Shown here: in pieces, positions 39,760 to 52,364 of the stretch
How positions within the stretch are numbered: the stretch's first letter is position 1
How the letters are laid out: each line of letters starts with the position of its first letter
NCBI GenBank assembly: GCA_945876865.1
Contig: CAMCPZ010000002.1
Coordinates: forward strand, 16,548 to 80,547
DNA length: 64,000 nt
Reading direction: 5' to 3'
From: Bifidobacterium breve
GTDB taxonomy: Bacteria > Actinomycetota > Actinomycetes > Nanopelagicales > Nanopelagicaceae
Made by a program: the position numbers and the translations under genes
The notes under the pieces: model-generated
The model's database searches: none
The model's input: only the letters and a program-made list of their open reading frames with translations
Told to the model about the DNA's origin: nothing

Positions 39760-40710
39760 TTACAGATTCCCTTCGCTGCGATGTGCGTAACCAACGGCCT
39801 CGCGCAATGAATCAAAGCCGTGGTCAACAAGTTCGTTGCGAAGTTCTTCTTTGACCTTCATGGCAGCCATTGGATTTCCAAACGTTGCGGTGCCGATAGA
39901 AACTGCGGAAGCCCCTGCAAGAATTAGTTCAAAAGCATCTTGACCCGAAGCGACTCCGCCCATTCCCAATATTTTGACATGTGGCATGGCGGCATGAACT
40001 TGATAAATCGCACGCACGGCAATTGGTCTGATAGCTGGGCCAGAGAGTCCACCGGTCTTTCCAGCAAGTTTTGGCCGCATGGTATTTGTATCAATAACCA
40101 TTCCAAGAACAGTATTAATTAGCGCTAACGAATCCGCTCCTGCTGCAACAACTTCTTGCGCAATTTCTACGATACTTGTTACATCCGGAGTCAACTTTGC
40201 AATTATCGGTAACTCGCCACCAATATTTCGCCTGACCGCCTGTATCGCTGCGCGTGCAGTTTCAGGGTGACAAGCAAAGACTTGTCCGCGATTTTCAACA
40301 TTAGGACATGAGATATTTACTTCGAGCGCAGAAATACCAGGGACTGCTCTGATCTTTCGGGCAAGAACTGCGTAATCTTCAACGCTCTCCCCCGCAATAC
40401 TTACGACAATTGTCGCGCCCTGATTTCGCAACCAAGGAACATCATTTTCTAGAAAAAGATCAATTCCAGGACCCTGCAAACCAATTGAATTGAGCATGCC
40501 ACTTGGCGTCTCTGCCATTCTTGGAGTTGCACGACCTGATCTAGCTTTTAACATAATCGATTTAGTGACGACAGCGCCGAGTTGGCTGAGTTCGAAGAAT
40601 TGACTTAACTCTTTACCAGATCCCGCACATCCGCTCGCAGTGAATATTGGATTCTCGAATTCGGCCTGTCCCAAAGTTGTTTGATAGTTAAACATTATTA
40701 GGCGCCCCAT
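39760..40710 (-). CDS. pyrD: Dihydroorotate dehydrogenase, family 1B catalytic subunit
   Basis: TASGC, NSIGLQGPG, NISCPNV, KLTP, GGLSGPAIRP. Confidence 0.95.
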   Translation of the reverse strand: MGRLIMFNYQTTLGQAEFENPIFTASGCAGSGKELSQFFELSQLGAVVTKSIMLKARSGRATPRMAETPSGMLNSIGLQGPGIDLFLENDVPWLRNQGATIVVSIAGESVEDYAVLARKIRAVPGISALEVNISCPNVENRGQVFACHPETARAAIQAVRRNIGGELPIIAKLTPDVTSIVEIAQEVVAAGADSLALINTVLGMVIDTNTMRPKLAGKTGGLSGPAIRPIAVRAIYQVHAAMPHVKILGMGGVASGQDAFELILAGASAVSIGTATFGNPMAAMKVKEELRNELVDHGFDSLREAVGYAHRSEGNL

Positions 40711-41552
40711 GTTCCTTCAGGAATTGTGCGCTTGGCCTTCCAGATCACGTTCTCTCCAGCAACTACTGGGCCATCGATACATGAGCGGAGCATTCGAATA
40801 ACCCCATCCTCGCCTTTAATGGGAAGAACGCAGGTCATGCAAACACCAATACCGCAGGCCATCGATTCTTCGATTGAACATTGATGCATCAGATTAAATT
40901 CTTCAGCGATGTCATTGATCGCTTCTAGCATTCCCATTGGTCCACACGAATAGATAATGTCGATCTCGTTTGCTTCAATAATTTCACGCATTGCATCGGT
41001 AACTTTTCCAGTTTTCCCGGTCGAACCATCTTCGGTTGTTATCGTTAAGCTACTGACAGAGCGCTTCCCATCTAACGGTGCATATATCTTCATCGCAGTG
41101 CTTGCACCAAGAACCATATCCACGCGACATCCACGATTCTTCAGGACTTCTGAAAGCCCAAAGAGTGGGGCACTTCCGTAGCCCCCACCGACTAAGAGCG
41201 CTCGGACTGGTTCTGTTGGAATTCCAAATGCAGTTCCAAGTGGCGCAATTAAATCAATCTTTGCACCTGGTTGTTGATTAGCTAACCAAGTGCTACCTGC
41301 ACCATGCGGTGCAACAACAATTTCCAACAAGCCAACGCTCTGGCCGCGATCAAATGTTCGGTAGATAGCAAAGGCTCTCCGCAAAACTAACTGGCTAGAC
41401 TCGCCACCAACAGATATCGCAACGAAATTTCCGGGTTTCGCTGAATTAGCTAAATCACCAACCGCAAAGACCATGTGGTGGTAAGCGCCAACCTTTTTAT
41501 TGCTTACTATTTCGGCAAGAACCTGCTTAGCGCTGCTATTGATTCCCATCAT
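40698..41552 (-). CDS. pyrK: Dihydroorotate dehydrogenase electron-transfer subunit
   Basis: [28 protein letters not shown]...C.DGPV [2Fe-2S] motif. Confidence 0.93.
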   Translation of the reverse strand: MMGINSSAKQVLAEIVSNKKVGAYHHMVFAVGDLANSAKPGNFVAISVGGESSQLVLRRAFAIYRTFDRGQSVGLLEIVVAPHGAGSTWLANQQPGAKIDLIAPLGTAFGIPTEPVRALLVGGGYGSAPLFGLSEVLKNRGCRVDMVLGASTAMKIYAPLDGKRSVSSLTITTEDGSTGKTGKVTDAMREIIEANEIDIIYSCGPMGMLEAINDIAEEFNLMHQCSIEESMACGIGVCMTCVLPIKGEDGVIRMLRSCIDGPVVAGENVIWKAKRTIPEGTWGA

Positions 41553-44500
41553 TCGACGATGGCCAACCAGTCCTGGATTGACCGAATACTAAAACTCTTC
41601 CCCTGAAGTTCAGATATTCCGGCAACCGCAGCCTTAAAACCGGCAATGGTTGTAATGCAAGGAACTCCTCTTTGAATTGCTGCGGTGCGAATCATCCACC
41701 CATCCATGCGAGTTCCCCTGCCAAGAGGTGTATTGATAACTAGTCCAACTACACCTTCAGTAATCAGATCTACCGCAGTAAATTCCCCACTTGGACCGCG
41801 ACCCTGTGAATGTTTGCGCACTAGTTCAGAATCCAGACCATTCTGCTTAAGAAAATCATGGGTTCCCTGAGTGGTGAACAATTTAAATCCAAGTGAACTC
41901 AAAATTTGAGCCGGATATAGTGACGCTTTCTTATCACGCTCGGATAGCGATAGAAACACTGAACCAGCCATAGGAAGTGCACCAAACGCCGCAGTCTGAC
42001 TCTTTGCATAGGCCTCACCGAATGTTCCAGCAATTCCCATTACCTCACCAGTCGATCTCATCTCTGGTCCCAAGATTGAATCTACGCCGGTGCCATCGTT
42101 CCTGCGAAATCTATTCCAAGGAAGCACGGCTTCCTTGACTGAAATTCCTTTAGCAACTCCATCTCCAGATTTTGGAAGCAAATCTTTGGCTCGGAGTTCA
42201 GAGATCTTCACTCCGGTTGCGATTAGCGCAGCGCATTTCGCTAGTGGATTTCCTGTTGCCTTACTTACAAATGGAACTGTTCGCGAAGCTCTAGGATTGG
42301 CCTCAAGGACATAGAGTTTCTCTTGGGCTGTTGCATTTGCGACAACTGCAAATTGAATGTTAATTAAGCCCCTAACTCCGATGCCACGAGCAAGTTTTTC
42401 AGTTGCAATTCGAATCTCCCGGGCAAGCGCGGATCCAATAGAGAAACTAGGAAGGACGCAAGCGGAATCACCCGAGTGGACACCAGCTTCTTCGATATGT
42501 TCCATCACGCCAGCTAAGTAAAGTTCTTCGCCATCGAATAGCGCATCTACATCTATTTCAACAGCGTCATCCAAAAACTTATCAATCAATACTGGATGAT
42601 TCGGAGTTATTTCCGTCGCCTTTTTTATGAAATCTGCAAGTGATTCGTCATCGTAAACAATTTCCATGCCACGTCCACCCAGAACGAATGAAGGGCGGAC
42701 TAAGACTGGATAAGTAATCTCGTGCGCAATCTTCAACGCTTCTTCAAAAGTATTTGCCATTCCAAAGGTTGGGGCATCTAAAGAGTTAACTCGCAGCAGC
42801 TCGCCGAACTGTCCTCGATCTTCGGCTAAATCAATCGCGTCCGGCGAGGTTCCAAGAATCTTTACTCCTGCATCTTGTAGACCACGCGCAAGACCAAGTG
42901 GTGTCTGGCCGCCAAGCTGAGCAATAACACCTACAACTGGACCTGCTTGCTCTTCGGCGTATATAACTTCCAAAACATCTTCCAAAGTTAGCGGCTCGAA
43001 ATAGAGTCGATCTGAAGTGTCGTAATCCGTTGACACAGTCTCAGGATTGCAGTTAATCATTATCGTTTCATATCCCGCAGCCTTCAGCGCAAATGCAGCA
43101 TGGACACAGGAATAATCAAATTCAACGCCTTGGCCAATTCGATTAGGGCCACTGCCGAGGATGATTACTGCAGGTTTAGTTCTAGGAATAACTTCGCTTT
43201 CCAGGTCATAGCTGGAGTAGTAATAAGGGGTGTGTGCTTCAAATTCTGCAGCGCAAGTATCGACAGTTTTATATATAGGGCGAAGACCAATTCGGGTTCT
43301 GGTGGCCGAAATATCAGCGAGTGATTTGCCAGTCAAATCTGCAATCTGGGAATCCGAAAAACCATTGGCCTTAGCAAGGCGAAGGAGTTCTTCAGATAGA
43401 TCAGCGCTTTGGGCTATCTGTTTAGCTATTGAATTGATTTCTACGATCTGCGATAGAAACCAAGTATCGACTTTGGTCGCTGCATAAACTTCTTCAATCG
43501 TTGCGCCCAAATACAATGCAAGTTGGACTTGTTGTAAACGATGTTCGGTTGGAATCGCCATCGCGGCGAGTAAATACTCTTTCGTTACGCCTCTTGTATT
43601 CCAGTGGAAACTCGTTCCCTTCTTTTCAACAGAGCGCAGCGCCTTCTGTAGAGCTTCTGGAAAGGAGCGACCAATCGCCATCGCCTCACCGACACTCTTC
43701 ATAGTGGTGGTCAGCCTGGTATCTGCCTCGGGAAATTTTTCGAAGGCAAATCTAGGGACCTTAACAACTATGTAATCTAAAGTCGGCTCGAAGGAAGCGG
43801 GCGTAACTTTCGTGATGTCATTCTGAATCTCATCAAGGGTGTAACCAATTGCTAGTTTTGTCGCGATCTTCGCGATCGGAAAGCCAGTCGCCTTCGAAGC
43901 TAGCGCTGACGATCTAGAGACGCGAGGATTCATTTCGATAACAATAATTCGGCCATCACTTGGATTTATTGCAAACTGAATGTTGCATCCCCCGGTAGCA
44001 ACTCCTACCTCGCGAATGATATCTATCGATAGATTGCGAAGTTTTTGATATTCGACATCGGTTAGCGTTAAAGCTGGAGCCACGGTGATGGAGTCTCCAG
44101 TATGAACACCCATTGGATCAATATTTTCAATACTGCAAACGATTACAACGTTATCCTTGTGATCTCGCATCACTTCTAACTCAAACTCTTTCCACCCAAT
44201 TATTGATTCCTCAAGTAAAACTTCAGTTGTAGGACTGTGTCGCAAACCTGCTCCAGCGATAAGTTCTAAATCACTCTGGTTGTATGCAATTCCAGAGCCC
44301 AATCCCCCCATCGTGAATGAAGGTCTTACGACAACGGGATAGTTGAGAACTTGTGCTCCGGCTATACATTCCGCCATTGTGTGACAAATTACCGATTTTG
44401 CAGATGAACCGCCGATTTTTTCTACAATCTCCTTAAAAGTTTCACGATCTTCACCGCGTTTAATTGCTGGGATATCTGCGCCAATAAGTTTGACGCCCAA

Positions 44501-44830
44501 CCTTTCGAGGGAGCCACGCTCGTAAAGTTGCATCGCAGCATTTAGTGCAGTCTGCCCACCAAGTGTTGCCAGAATTGCAGTCGGCTTCTCTTTGATAACT
44601 ATTTGCTCGATAATCTCTGGTGTTATGGGTTCAATAAAAGTAGCGTCAGCAAACTCTGGATCTGTCATTATTGTTGCTGGATTTGAATTTATAAGAATTA
44701 CTCGAATTCCCTCACTTCGCAGGACTCGACAAGCTTGGGTTCCTGAATAATCGAATTCACATGCTTGTCCAATAACTATCGGACCACTACCGATAACCAG
44801 AACACTTTCGATCGAAGAATCTTTAGGCAT
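41549..44830 (-). CDS. carB: Carbamoyl-phosphate synthase large subunit
   Basis: [17 protein letters not shown], duplicated ATP-grasp domains, MGS domain; 1093 aa. Confidence 0.98.
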   Translation of the reverse strand: MPKDSSIESVLVIGSGPIVIGQACEFDYSGTQACRVLRSEGIRVILINSNPATIMTDPEFADATFIEPITPEIIEQIVIKEKPTAILATLGGQTALNAAMQLYERGSLERLGVKLIGADIPAIKRGEDRETFKEIVEKIGGSSAKSVICHTMAECIAGAQVLNYPVVVRPSFTMGGLGSGIAYNQSDLELIAGAGLRHSPTTEVLLEESIIGWKEFELEVMRDHKDNVVIVCSIENIDPMGVHTGDSITVAPALTLTDVEYQKLRNLSIDIIREVGVATGGCNIQFAINPSDGRIIVIEMNPRVSRSSALASKATGFPIAKIATKLAIGYTLDEIQNDITKVTPASFEPTLDYIVVKVPRFAFEKFPEADTRLTTTMKSVGEAMAIGRSFPEALQKALRSVEKKGTSFHWNTRGVTKEYLLAAMAIPTEHRLQQVQLALYLGATIEEVYAATKVDTWFLSQIVEINSIAKQIAQSADLSEELLRLAKANGFSDSQIADLTGKSLADISATRTRIGLRPIYKTVDTCAAEFEAHTPYYYSSYDLESEVIPRTKPAVIILGSGPNRIGQGVEFDYSCVHAAFALKAAGYETIMINCNPETVSTDYDTSDRLYFEPLTLEDVLEVIYAEEQAGPVVGVIAQLGGQTPLGLARGLQDAGVKILGTSPDAIDLAEDRGQFGELLRVNSLDAPTFGMANTFEEALKIAHEITYPVLVRPSFVLGGRGMEIVYDDESLADFIKKATEITPNHPVLIDKFLDDAVEIDVDALFDGEELYLAGVMEHIEEAGVHSGDSACVLPSFSIGSALAREIRIATEKLARGIGVRGLINIQFAVVANATAQEKLYVLEANPRASRTVPFVSKATGNPLAKCAALIATGVKISELRAKDLLPKSGDGVAKGISVKEAVLPWNRFRRNDGTGVDSILGPEMRSTGEVMGIAGTFGEAYAKSQTAAFGALPMAGSVFLSLSERDKKASLYPAQILSSLGFKLFTTQGTHDFLKQNGLDSELVRKHSQGRGPSGEFTAVDLITEGVVGLVINTPLGRGTRMDGWMIRTAAIQRGVPCITTIAGFKAAVAGISELQGKSFSIRSIQDWLAIVE

Positions 44831-45956
44831 TAGCTACCTTCGCATCCTTCATAAGATCAAGAAACTTATCGAACAAATAACTTGCATCGTGTGGGCCCGC
44901 GGCTGCCTCAGGATGATACTGAACACTAAACGCTGGCGTTTCTAAAAGTTCTAGGCCTTCAACGACCCCATCATTCAAACAGAGATGACTTACAAAGCCT
45001 GCACCATAAATAGTATTGAAGTTGCCCTCGACTGGCGCCGCGACAGCGAAACCATGATTGTGCGCTGTAATTTCGATACGCCCAGATTTTAAATCCTTAA
45101 CCGGTTGATTGATTCCTCTATGCCCGAATGGCAATTTGTAGGTTTCAAAACCTAGCGCCCGACCCATTATTTGATGGCCAAAGCAAATTCCGAAGAGAGG
45201 TATCTGCGCGCTTAAAATTTCGCGGACAAGCAGAATCATCTCCGTCATGGTTGCTGGATCACCAGGACCATTCGAGAGAAATACGCCATCAGGATTTAGG
45301 GCAACTATCTGCTCGAAGGTTGTGCGCGAAGGAACAACGTGGACTTCTATTCCTCGCTGGGACATGGCTCGTGGAGTAGCGCCTTTAATCCCCATATCGA
45401 GAGCCACAACTGTGAATTTTTTTTCGCCAATAGCAGGCACAACATATGAATTATCTGTTGAAACGTCATCGGATAAAAATGCACCCGACATTGTCGGTGT
45501 TTTACGAACCTTTATGACCATTTCTTCGCGCGTTAACCCAGTGTTCGAAAAGATGCCGACCCGCATCGCCCCAAGATCTCTAAGGTGTCGCGTAATTGCT
45601 CGAGTATCAACGCCCCTAATACCGACAACGCCATTGCTCTTTAGGTCATCCTCAAGAGTTCGCTCTGAACGCCAATTACTTACAACTGGAGATGGATTTC
45701 TTACGACAAAACCACTTACCCAAATCTTCTTTGATTCTTCATCGGTTGTATTCATTCCGGTGTTTCCGATGTGCGGTGCAGTCATAACAACAACTTGTTT
45801 GTGATACGACGGGTCTGTAAGAGTTTCTTGATACCCGGTCATTCCAGTAGAAAACACCGCTTCACCAAAGGTCTCACCTTCGCAGGCCCAACTTTCACCT
45901 TCGAAAATTGTTCCATCATCCAGAACAAGGAAAGCTTTACTCAACTGCTCCCCCAT
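44823..45956 (-). CDS. carA: Carbamoyl-phosphate synthase small subunit
   Basis: [35 protein letters not shown]. Confidence 0.98.
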   Translation of the reverse strand: MGEQLSKAFLVLDDGTIFEGESWACEGETFGEAVFSTGMTGYQETLTDPSYHKQVVVMTAPHIGNTGMNTTDEESKKIWVSGFVVRNPSPVVSNWRSERTLEDDLKSNGVVGIRGVDTRAITRHLRDLGAMRVGIFSNTGLTREEMVIKVRKTPTMSGAFLSDDVSTDNSYVVPAIGEKKFTVVALDMGIKGATPRAMSQRGIEVHVVPSRTTFEQIVALNPDGVFLSNGPGDPATMTEMILLVREILSAQIPLFGICFGHQIMGRALGFETYKLPFGHRGINQPVKDLKSGRIEITAHNHGFAVAAPVEGNFNTIYGAGFVSHLCLNDGVVEGLELLETPAFSVQYHPEAAAGPHDASYLFDKFLDLMKDAKVANA

Positions 45957-47232
45957 TCACGATCTCACCATTACTCAGAACCTGTTTTCCATTCAAGAAT
46001 GTATGCACAACTCGTGATGGAAGTTGCATACCCTCGAAAGGAGTGTTCTTACTCTTCGAAGCCAGTCTATTGCGGTCCACAATCCAATTCGCATTGGTGT
46101 CAATTATTGTTAAATTCGCCGTTGCACCAACCTTCAAAATCTGACCGTGATGTAAGTAACCCGCTATCTTTGCGGGCGCTATCGACATTCGATCGACCAA
46201 ATCAGCCCAGCTCATCATCTTTGTATCTATCATCGCCTTAACCACAACTGAAAGCGCAGTTTCTAAACCAACCATGCCAAATGCGGCGCTCTGCCATTCA
46301 CAATCCTTATCCTCTGTAGGATGTGGAGCGTGGTCCGTACCAACGATGTCAATAGTTCCATCTGCCAAGCCCTTACGAAGCGCGAGGACATCCCTCTCGG
46401 TTCGCAGCGGTGGATTAACTTTGTATACCGAATCGTAATTAGTAACTAAATCATCAGTAAGAAGTAAGTGGTGCGGGGTAACTTCTGCCGTAACGTTAAT
46501 TCCACGAGACTTAGCAAACCTGACTAAATCTACGCCGCCTGCGGTTGTGAGATGACAGATGTGCAATCTGCTTCCGACATGTTCGGCCAATAAAATATCT
46601 CGCGCAATAATTGCTTCTTCCGCAACAGCTGGCCAACCAACTAGCCCTAATTTCGAAGAGACGATTCCTTCATTCATCTGCGAATCAACAGTAAGCGCTG
46701 GTTCCTGCGCATGCTGGGCGATGATTCCATTGAAAGTTTTCACATATTCAAGCGCGCGGCGCATCAACAAAGGATCTGAGACGCATTTTCCATCATCGCT
46801 AAATATTCGAACTCTAGCTTTCGAATTAGCCATCGCCCCAAGTTCAGCCAGAGATTTTCCAGCTAGCCCTTGAGTAACTGCGCCGATTGGAAATACATCA
46901 CAGAAACCCGCTTCCTGACCAAGCCGATAAACCTGCTCTACAACCCCTGCGGTATCCGCCACTGGAAAAGTATTTGCCATTGCAGAGATTGCAGTGAAAC
47001 CACCTTTCGCCGCCGCCATACTTCCAGTGGCAACTGTTTCAGAATCTTCACGTCCCGGTTCGCGTAGATGCGTATGTAAATCAACCAAACCCGGAATCAA
47101 TAGATTTTTTGCGGCGTCAATCTTCTCGCCTTTGTTCAAGCCGCTTCCGATTTCGGATATAACGCCATTCGACACGATCACGTCTACAACTTGGTCATCA
47201 ATTAACCGGGCATTTGTGATTGTAAATTCCAT
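45937..47232 (-). CDS. pyrC: Dihydroorotase
   Basis: [23 protein letters not shown]. Confidence 0.97.
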   Translation of the reverse strand: MEFTITNARLIDDQVVDVIVSNGVISEIGSGLNKGEKIDAAKNLLIPGLVDLHTHLREPGREDSETVATGSMAAAKGGFTAISAMANTFPVADTAGVVEQVYRLGQEAGFCDVFPIGAVTQGLAGKSLAELGAMANSKARVRIFSDDGKCVSDPLLMRRALEYVKTFNGIIAQHAQEPALTVDSQMNEGIVSSKLGLVGWPAVAEEAIIARDILLAEHVGSRLHICHLTTAGGVDLVRFAKSRGINVTAEVTPHHLLLTDDLVTNYDSVYKVNPPLRTERDVLALRKGLADGTIDIVGTDHAPHPTEDKDCEWQSAAFGMVGLETALSVVVKAMIDTKMMSWADLVDRMSIAPAKIAGYLHHGQILKVGATANLTIIDTNANWIVDRNRLASKSKNTPFEGMQLPSRVVHTFLNGKQVLSNGEIVNGGAVE

Positions 47233-48186
47233 TTAGGCACTGACCTCTCCGATAAGCGTTGCGCCCCCAAGTAATTGATACAGAACAGCCATCCGAACTA
47301 AAACACCATTTGCAACTTGATCTAGCACAACTGATTTATGGGAGTCTGCGCTCTCTGCAGATATTTCTAGCCCCCGATTCATTGGACCTGGGTGCATAAC
47401 AATTGCATTTTTGCTTAGCGAATTTAGCCTTGTTATATCTAGCCCATAGCCTCGCGAGTATTCGCGCTCAGATGGGAAGAATGAATTAGCCATTCTTTCA
47501 GACTGGACTCGTAGCATCATTAACACATCAACTTCTTTAAGAACACTATCTAAGTCATAGCTAACCTTCACCTTCCAATCGGCAACGCCAACCGGAATCA
47601 AGGTGGGAGGAGCGACCAAAGTAACGCTCGCCCCTAGTTTTGTTAGAAGTAAGACATTGCTTCGAGCAACCCGTGAGTGCAAGATATCCCCCACGATTGC
47701 GACCCGCAATCCATCAAAGCTCTGATTAAATTGCGGAAACTTACTTCTTATTGTGTAGGCATCTAAGAGCGCTTGGGTTGGATGTTCATGAGTTCCATCA
47801 CCAGCATTGATAACTGAGGCGCTTATCCATCCAGAATCCGCAAGCCGTTGTGCGGCGCCAGAGGCACCATGTCGAATTACAACTGCATCTGCGCCCATGG
47901 CTTGCAGCGTTTGTGCAGTGTCCTTAAGAGATTCACCTTTGCTAACACTTGATCCCTTTGCTGAGAAATTAATAACATCGGCAGATAGTCGTTTCGCAGC
48001 GCTCTCAAAAGAGATACGAGTTCTAGTGGAATCTTCGAAGAAGAGATTGACTACAGTTCGACCACGTAGCGTTGGAAGCTTCTTCATAGGACCGTCAGAA
48101 ATCTTTGCTAACTCACTTGCAGTGTTCAAAATTTCAAAGGCCTCTTCTGCACTTAAGTCGTTGATGGAAAGTAGATGCTTGTTCAT
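47233..48186 (-). CDS. pyrB: Aspartate carbamoyltransferase
   Basis: [26 protein letters not shown]. Confidence 0.98.
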   Translation of the reverse strand: MNKHLLSINDLSAEEAFEILNTASELAKISDGPMKKLPTLRGRTVVNLFFEDSTRTRISFESAAKRLSADVINFSAKGSSVSKGESLKDTAQTLQAMGADAVVIRHGASGAAQRLADSGWISASVINAGDGTHEHPTQALLDAYTIRSKFPQFNQSFDGLRVAIVGDILHSRVARSNVLLLTKLGASVTLVAPPTLIPVGVADWKVKVSYDLDSVLKEVDVLMMLRVQSERMANSFFPSEREYSRGYGLDITRLNSLSKNAIVMHPGPMNRGLEISAESADSHKSVVLDQVANGVLVRMAVLYQLLGGATLIGEVSA

Positions 48187-48714
48187 CTAGACACCTGCAA
48201 CAATTTCTACACAGTCTTTACCATCTATCTCATCCAAGGAAACTTTCACCGATTCACTTGATGAGGTAGGAATATTCTTACCAACATAATCCGCCCTGAT
48301 TGGAAGCTGGCGGTGTCCACGGTCTACCAAGACCGCCAATTGAACTGTGGCTGGGCGACCAATTTCACCGATTGCATCTAGCGCTGCCCGAATCGTGCGG
48401 CCTGAGAAGAAAACATCATCAACAAGAACTATGTCTTTGCCTTCAATTCCGCCACCTGGAATCAAGGTAGGCAACAAGGGCCTAGGCGGTCGCATCCGCA
48501 GATCATCACGGTGAAGAGTTATGTCTAGAGTTCCAACCGGAACTGGTGATTGGATTTCCTTGAGGAATTGAGCAATTCGCTCTCCTAGGAATGCGCCTCG
48601 CGTTGGAATGCCGAGCAGGACGACATTATCTAAGCCGTGATTGTGTTCAATAATTTCATGCGCGATGCGCTTTAGCGCCCGACCAATTTCGCCGGCGTCC
48701 AGGACTATAGCCAT
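48187..48714 (-). CDS. pyrR: Pyrimidine operon regulator / UPRTase
   Basis: [47 protein letters not shown]. Confidence 0.97.
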   Translation of the reverse strand: MAIVLDAGEIGRALKRIAHEIIEHNHGLDNVVLLGIPTRGAFLGERIAQFLKEIQSPVPVGTLDITLHRDDLRMRPPRPLLPTLIPGGGIEGKDIVLVDDVFFSGRTIRAALDAIGEIGRPATVQLAVLVDRGHRQLPIRADYVGKNIPTSSSESVKVSLDEIDGKDCVEIVAGV

Positions 48715-48720
48715 TTTCTC

Positions 48721-48755
48721 TCCTTCGCCGCCTCTCTGGACGGATCGTTAAAGGA
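48721..48755 (-). promoter_or_regulatory. PyrR-binding RNA hairpin overlapping the pyrR ribosome-binding site
   Basis: Minus strand TCCTTTAACGATCCGTCCAGAGAGGCGGCGAAGGA contains the conserved UCCAGAGAGG loop; TCCTT pairs with AAGGA of the SD. Confidence 0.9.
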
Positions 48756-48838
48756 ACTTCTTGCCTCTCGGGCGGGGAAAAGATACCACTTGTGGACGGC
48801 CAAATCCATTTAACCTTTCCCGTGTCTATTCTCGGCGG

Positions 48839-49324
48839 ATGATAACTATCCCCGAACGTTCGATCGAAGAGATTGCTGCAGCTATGAAGTCAGTCAGGAA
48901 GGCAAAGGGAATGACGCTTCGAGAGGTCGAAGCCAAATCCGGTGGGACCTGGAAGGCAGTTGTAATTGGTTCCTATGAAAGATGCGACCGCGCCCTTTCG
49001 ATTAAAAAGGCAATAGGCCTCGCGAATTTTTATCAAGTCCCGCTAAATGAATTACTGGGATTAACATCCGAATCCAAATCACCCTCGCGCGAGAAAATAA
49101 CCTTGGATATTCGAGCAGCATCCCACTTAACACACGGGGAAACTGACCTTCAAATCCTTAAAAAATTCGCCTCCCTAATCTGCGCAAGGCGTGATGATTG
49201 GAATGGCGAAGTCTTATCTATTAGAGCTACTGATCTAGCAACACTTTCAATTCTAATGAATCTAGATGAAGCAGCAACATACGCTTGGTTATTTTCTAAA
49301 GGGCTGCTTCTCAATAAGCCCTAA
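48839..49324 (+). CDS. bldD: BldD-family XRE regulator with C-terminal c-di-GMP-binding domain
   Basis: WKAVVIGSYERCDRA and FYQVP match the BldD HTH; RDD-WNGEVLSI-RATD = RxD-X8-RxxD; pyrR-bldD-nusB-efp synteny. Confidence 0.88.
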   Translation: MITIPERSIEEIAAAMKSVRKAKGMTLREVEAKSGGTWKAVVIGSYERCDRALSIKKAIGLANFYQVPLNELLGLTSESKSPSREKITLDIRAASHLTHGETDLQILKKFASLICARRDDWNGEVLSIRATDLATLSILMNLDEAATYAWLFSKGLLLNKP

Positions 49325-49348
49325 TTAAAACGTAGTTTTTCCACAATA

Positions 49349-49756
49349 CTAGAGCGCGAAAGACGGCTTTAGAACAATAATTCGACCAAGAACGCCGTTG
49401 ATATATTTAGCCGAATCTTCTGTTGAAAGTTCAGTAGCGATCTCTACCGCCTCTGAAGCAGCAATTTGATCATCTAGATCGTTCTTGAAGAGGATTTCAA
49501 AGAGCGAGATTCTTAAAATATTGCGATCTATAGCTGGCATTCGATCCATATCCCAACCCTGTGCGTATGTCGTAATTAGCTCATCTATTTTGGGCGCATT
49601 CGTTTCTACACCAAGAAGCAATTCGAGAACATAATCCCGCTCTGAGAGCTCGATCTCGCCACGGCTCTCTAACAAATCAATTGCTCTAGCGCTACGGATG
49701 TCGGCTTCGTATAGAAAATCTAAAGCACGCTTGCGCGCCTTACGGCGTGCACTCAC
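49349..49756 (-). CDS. nusB: Transcription antitermination factor NusB
   Basis: ARRKARKRA, W.MDRMPAIDRNILR, EAVEIA, YINGVLG. Confidence 0.96.
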   Translation of the reverse strand: MSARRKARKRALDFLYEADIRSARAIDLLESRGEIELSERDYVLELLLGVETNAPKIDELITTYAQGWDMDRMPAIDRNILRISLFEILFKNDLDDQIAASEAVEIATELSTEDSAKYINGVLGRIIVLKPSFAL

Positions 49757-50316
49757 TAGTTTGCTCGGCCTAAGTAAGCTCCGGTACGGGTATCAACTAA
49801 GACTTTTTCATCTTGCTTAATAAAGAGCGGAACCTGAACCGTGATTCCAGTTTCCAAGGTAGCTGGTTTTGTTCCACCGGACGAGCGGTCCCCCTGCAGG
49901 CCTGGTTCGGTGTATGTAATCTTTAATTCAACCGATGCTGGCAAATCAATGTAAAGCGGGTTGCCTTCGTGAATTGCAACATTTGCTTCGCAATTTTCTA
50001 GCATGTAATCAGCTGCGTCTCCAACTGTTGCAGCGGAAATATTCATCTGATCAAATGTTTTCTGATCCATAAATACAAAGTCATCACCATCTCGGTATAA
50101 GAAGGTCATGTCGCGCTTCTCAAGAACAGCTACATCAACCTTAACCCCAGCGTTCAAAGTTCTATCAATAACTTTTCCAGTCGTCACAGACTTTAATTTG
50201 GTCCGTACGAAGGCCGGACCTTTTCCAGGTTTTACATGTTGGAATTCAACAACGTTCCAGAGTTGCCCCTCAATATCTAAAGTCATCCCATTTTTTAAAT
50301 CGTTCGTTGTTGCCAT
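49756..50316 (-). CDS. efp: Elongation factor P
   Basis: [33 protein letters not shown]. Confidence 0.98.
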   Translation of the reverse strand: MATTNDLKNGMTLDIEGQLWNVVEFQHVKPGKGPAFVRTKLKSVTTGKVIDRTLNAGVKVDVAVLEKRDMTFLYRDGDDFVFMDQKTFDQMNISAATVGDAADYMLENCEANVAIHEGNPLYIDLPASVELKITYTEPGLQGDRSSGGTKPATLETGITVQVPLFIKQDEKVLVDTRTGAYLGRAN

Positions 50317-50396
50317 AATCGAAATCCCATTTCCTTTAATTCCAGCGTAAGTGGGTAAGAATACCTGAAGCGGAGAGCCAAATTTGCGGGCGTGCG

Positions 50397-50828
50397 CTAC
50401 TTTGCCATGCGAGAGAGTGCAATCAAGGCCAATCGATATGAATCTGGGCCAAAGCCAGCAATCGTTCCGTTTGCCACCCCTGAAATCACTGAGGTATGGC
50501 GAAATTCTTCACGGGACATTGGATTAGAAAGATGCACCTCAATCAAGGGAACCGTGACCATGTCCGCAGCATCGCGAATCGCATACGAATAATGTGTAAA
50601 GGCTGCAGGATTGAATACAACAGGAGTGTTGGTATCTGCAGCTTCGTGTAACCAAGAAATTATCTCTACTTCACTATCACTCTGGCGAACATCACATTCG
50701 AACCCAAGCTCTTTCCCTGCTGAAACTATTTCTGACTTGAGCCCGGCAAAATCAAGATTCCCATAGATGTTGGAATCGCGAAGATCCAATCGCCCCAAAT
50801 TAGGTCCATTGAGAACTAATACTTTCAT
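50397..50828 (-). CDS. aroQ: Type II 3-dehydroquinate dehydratase
   Basis: [27 protein letters not shown]. Confidence 0.96.
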   Translation of the reverse strand: MKVLVLNGPNLGRLDLRDSNIYGNLDFAGLKSEIVSAGKELGFECDVRQSDSEVEIISWLHEAADTNTPVVFNPAAFTHYSYAIRDAADMVTVPLIEVHLSNPMSREEFRHTSVISGVANGTIAGFGPDSYRLALIALSRMAK

Positions 50829-51856
50829 ACTGAAATTCTCTCATATGCGACCGCTATCTGGTCGGAGGTTACTTGCTCTAACCAGATTGGTTTAGCAATA
50901 TCACTTATCCCTATGAATCTAAGTGTGTTTCCGCGGCTCTTTTTATCACTAGCCATTAGTTCGAGCAACTTCGGAAGTGCGCTCTTCTCATAAGTTATTG
51001 GTAGCCCAAAGTCTGAAAGGAGTGTTCGATGTTGTTTAACAATGTCCTGGTCCAAATGTCCTGCGACATTACTAAGTTCAGCTGCAAAAACTAGCCCGAT
51101 AGAAACCGCTTCCCCATGGCGCAACTTGTAATTTTCTAACTTCTCAATCGCGTGACCTAAGGTATGGCCATAATTTAGAATTTCACGAACTTTACTCTCC
51201 CGGAAATCTTGTGAAACAACCCGCGCTTTCATATCTGCGCTTAGCCAGATCAATTCGCCAATATTTTCAGCCGGATTCTTGGCGAGATCAAGAATTTTCG
51301 GATTATCGATGAAGCCTGCTTTGATTATTTCGGCCATACCAGCATTGAAATCTCGAATCGAAAGCGTTTTCAAAAATACCTGATCAATGATTACAGATTC
51401 TGGAGAATGAAATGCGCCCACTAGATTCTTTCCATGCGAGCTATTTACGCCCGTTTTGCCACCAATAGCCGCGTCTACCATTCCTGCCAATGATGTCGGG
51501 AATGCATACCAAGAGATTCCGCGAAGCCAAGTCGCTGCAACGAAACCAGCAAGATCAGTTGTGGCACCTCCACCGATTCCTACAATCGCATCACTTCGGG
51601 TTAGCCCAAAATCTCCACACACTTTCCATAGCTCAAGTAAATACTCAGGGGATTTTGCTGACTCACCTGCAGGGGTTTCGATTACCTGAACCCCCGAACT
51701 CTTTAAGGATTGCAGATCAATCTTAGTGACAAGTTCAGATGGCGTAATGACTAAAACTTTCTCATGCGATCTAGCAATTTCAGCAAATTGCAGCCGCCAG
51801 TTTTCGACGAAACAAATATCATACTCGCGCTCTGCGCGGACGCTAATTGTCTGCAC
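50825..51856 (-). CDS. aroB: 3-dehydroquinate synthase
   Basis: GGGATTDLAGF, DAAIGGKTG, LNYGHTLGHAIE, HGEAVSIG; GTG51856 has a GGAG SD. Confidence 0.96.
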   Translation of the reverse strand: MQTISVRAEREYDICFVENWRLQFAEIARSHEKVLVITPSELVTKIDLQSLKSSGVQVIETPAGESAKSPEYLLELWKVCGDFGLTRSDAIVGIGGGATTDLAGFVAATWLRGISWYAFPTSLAGMVDAAIGGKTGVNSSHGKNLVGAFHSPESVIIDQVFLKTLSIRDFNAGMAEIIKAGFIDNPKILDLAKNPAENIGELIWLSADMKARVVSQDFRESKVREILNYGHTLGHAIEKLENYKLRHGEAVSIGLVFAAELSNVAGHLDQDIVKQHRTLLSDFGLPITYEKSALPKLLELMASDKKSRGNTLRFIGISDIAKPIWLEQVTSDQIAVAYERISV

Positions 51857-52364
51857 TAATAACTCCAATAACATCAGCAATTTCCCGGGCGACCTCAGCT
51901 GGTTTTCGATTGTCGGTATTAAAACTACGAGTAGCTAGGGCTTCATAAATTCCTCGTCGCTTCTCCATCAATTGCATCCATTGTTGACGGGGATTAATAG
52001 CCAATAGCGGTCGCTCTTTATTGAATCCGACTCTTGGAGCGGCTTGAGAGATAGAAACTTCTAAATAAAGCACAGGTATCGAACTTGCCTGTAAAAAGTC
52101 ACTAACTGCAGAATCTAAAACTGATCCACCACCGAGTGCGACTACCCCAGGTTCATCTTTAAGCGCTTTCAAAACAACTTCTCTTTCAATTGAACGAAAA
52201 GCTGGTTCACCTTCATCCGTAAATATGTCTGCAATCTTTTTGCCCGAAATTCTTTCAATCTCTGAATCAGAATCGAAAATTTCACAATCCCATAATTTTG
52301 CTAACTGTCTACCTACTGAGGACTTTCCCGCTCCAGGCGGGCCGATTAGAACCGCCTTTGGCAT
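51843..52364 (-). CDS. aroK: Shikimate kinase
   Basis: GPPGAGKS, GEPAFR, LGGG, RPLL. Confidence 0.96.
   Translation of the reverse strand: MPKAVLIGPPGAGKSSVGRQLAKLWDCEIFDSDSEIERISGKKIADIFTDEGEPAFRSIEREVVLKALKDEPGVVALGGGSVLDSAVSDFLQASSIPVLYLEVSISQAAPRVGFNKERPLLAINPRQQWMQLMEKRRGIYEALATRSFNTDNRKPAEVAREIADVIGVISADN

Noticed and set aside
45247-45804. Long antisense ORFs (for example 185 aa opposite carA, and similar ones opposite metH, aroC and pyrB)
   Set aside because: They are shadow frames of conserved genes, Ser/Pro/Thr-rich and without domain features
48756-48838. BldD autoregulatory box upstream of bldD (CCACTTGTGG palindrome)
   Set aside because: It does not convincingly match the BldD consensus and is too short to support
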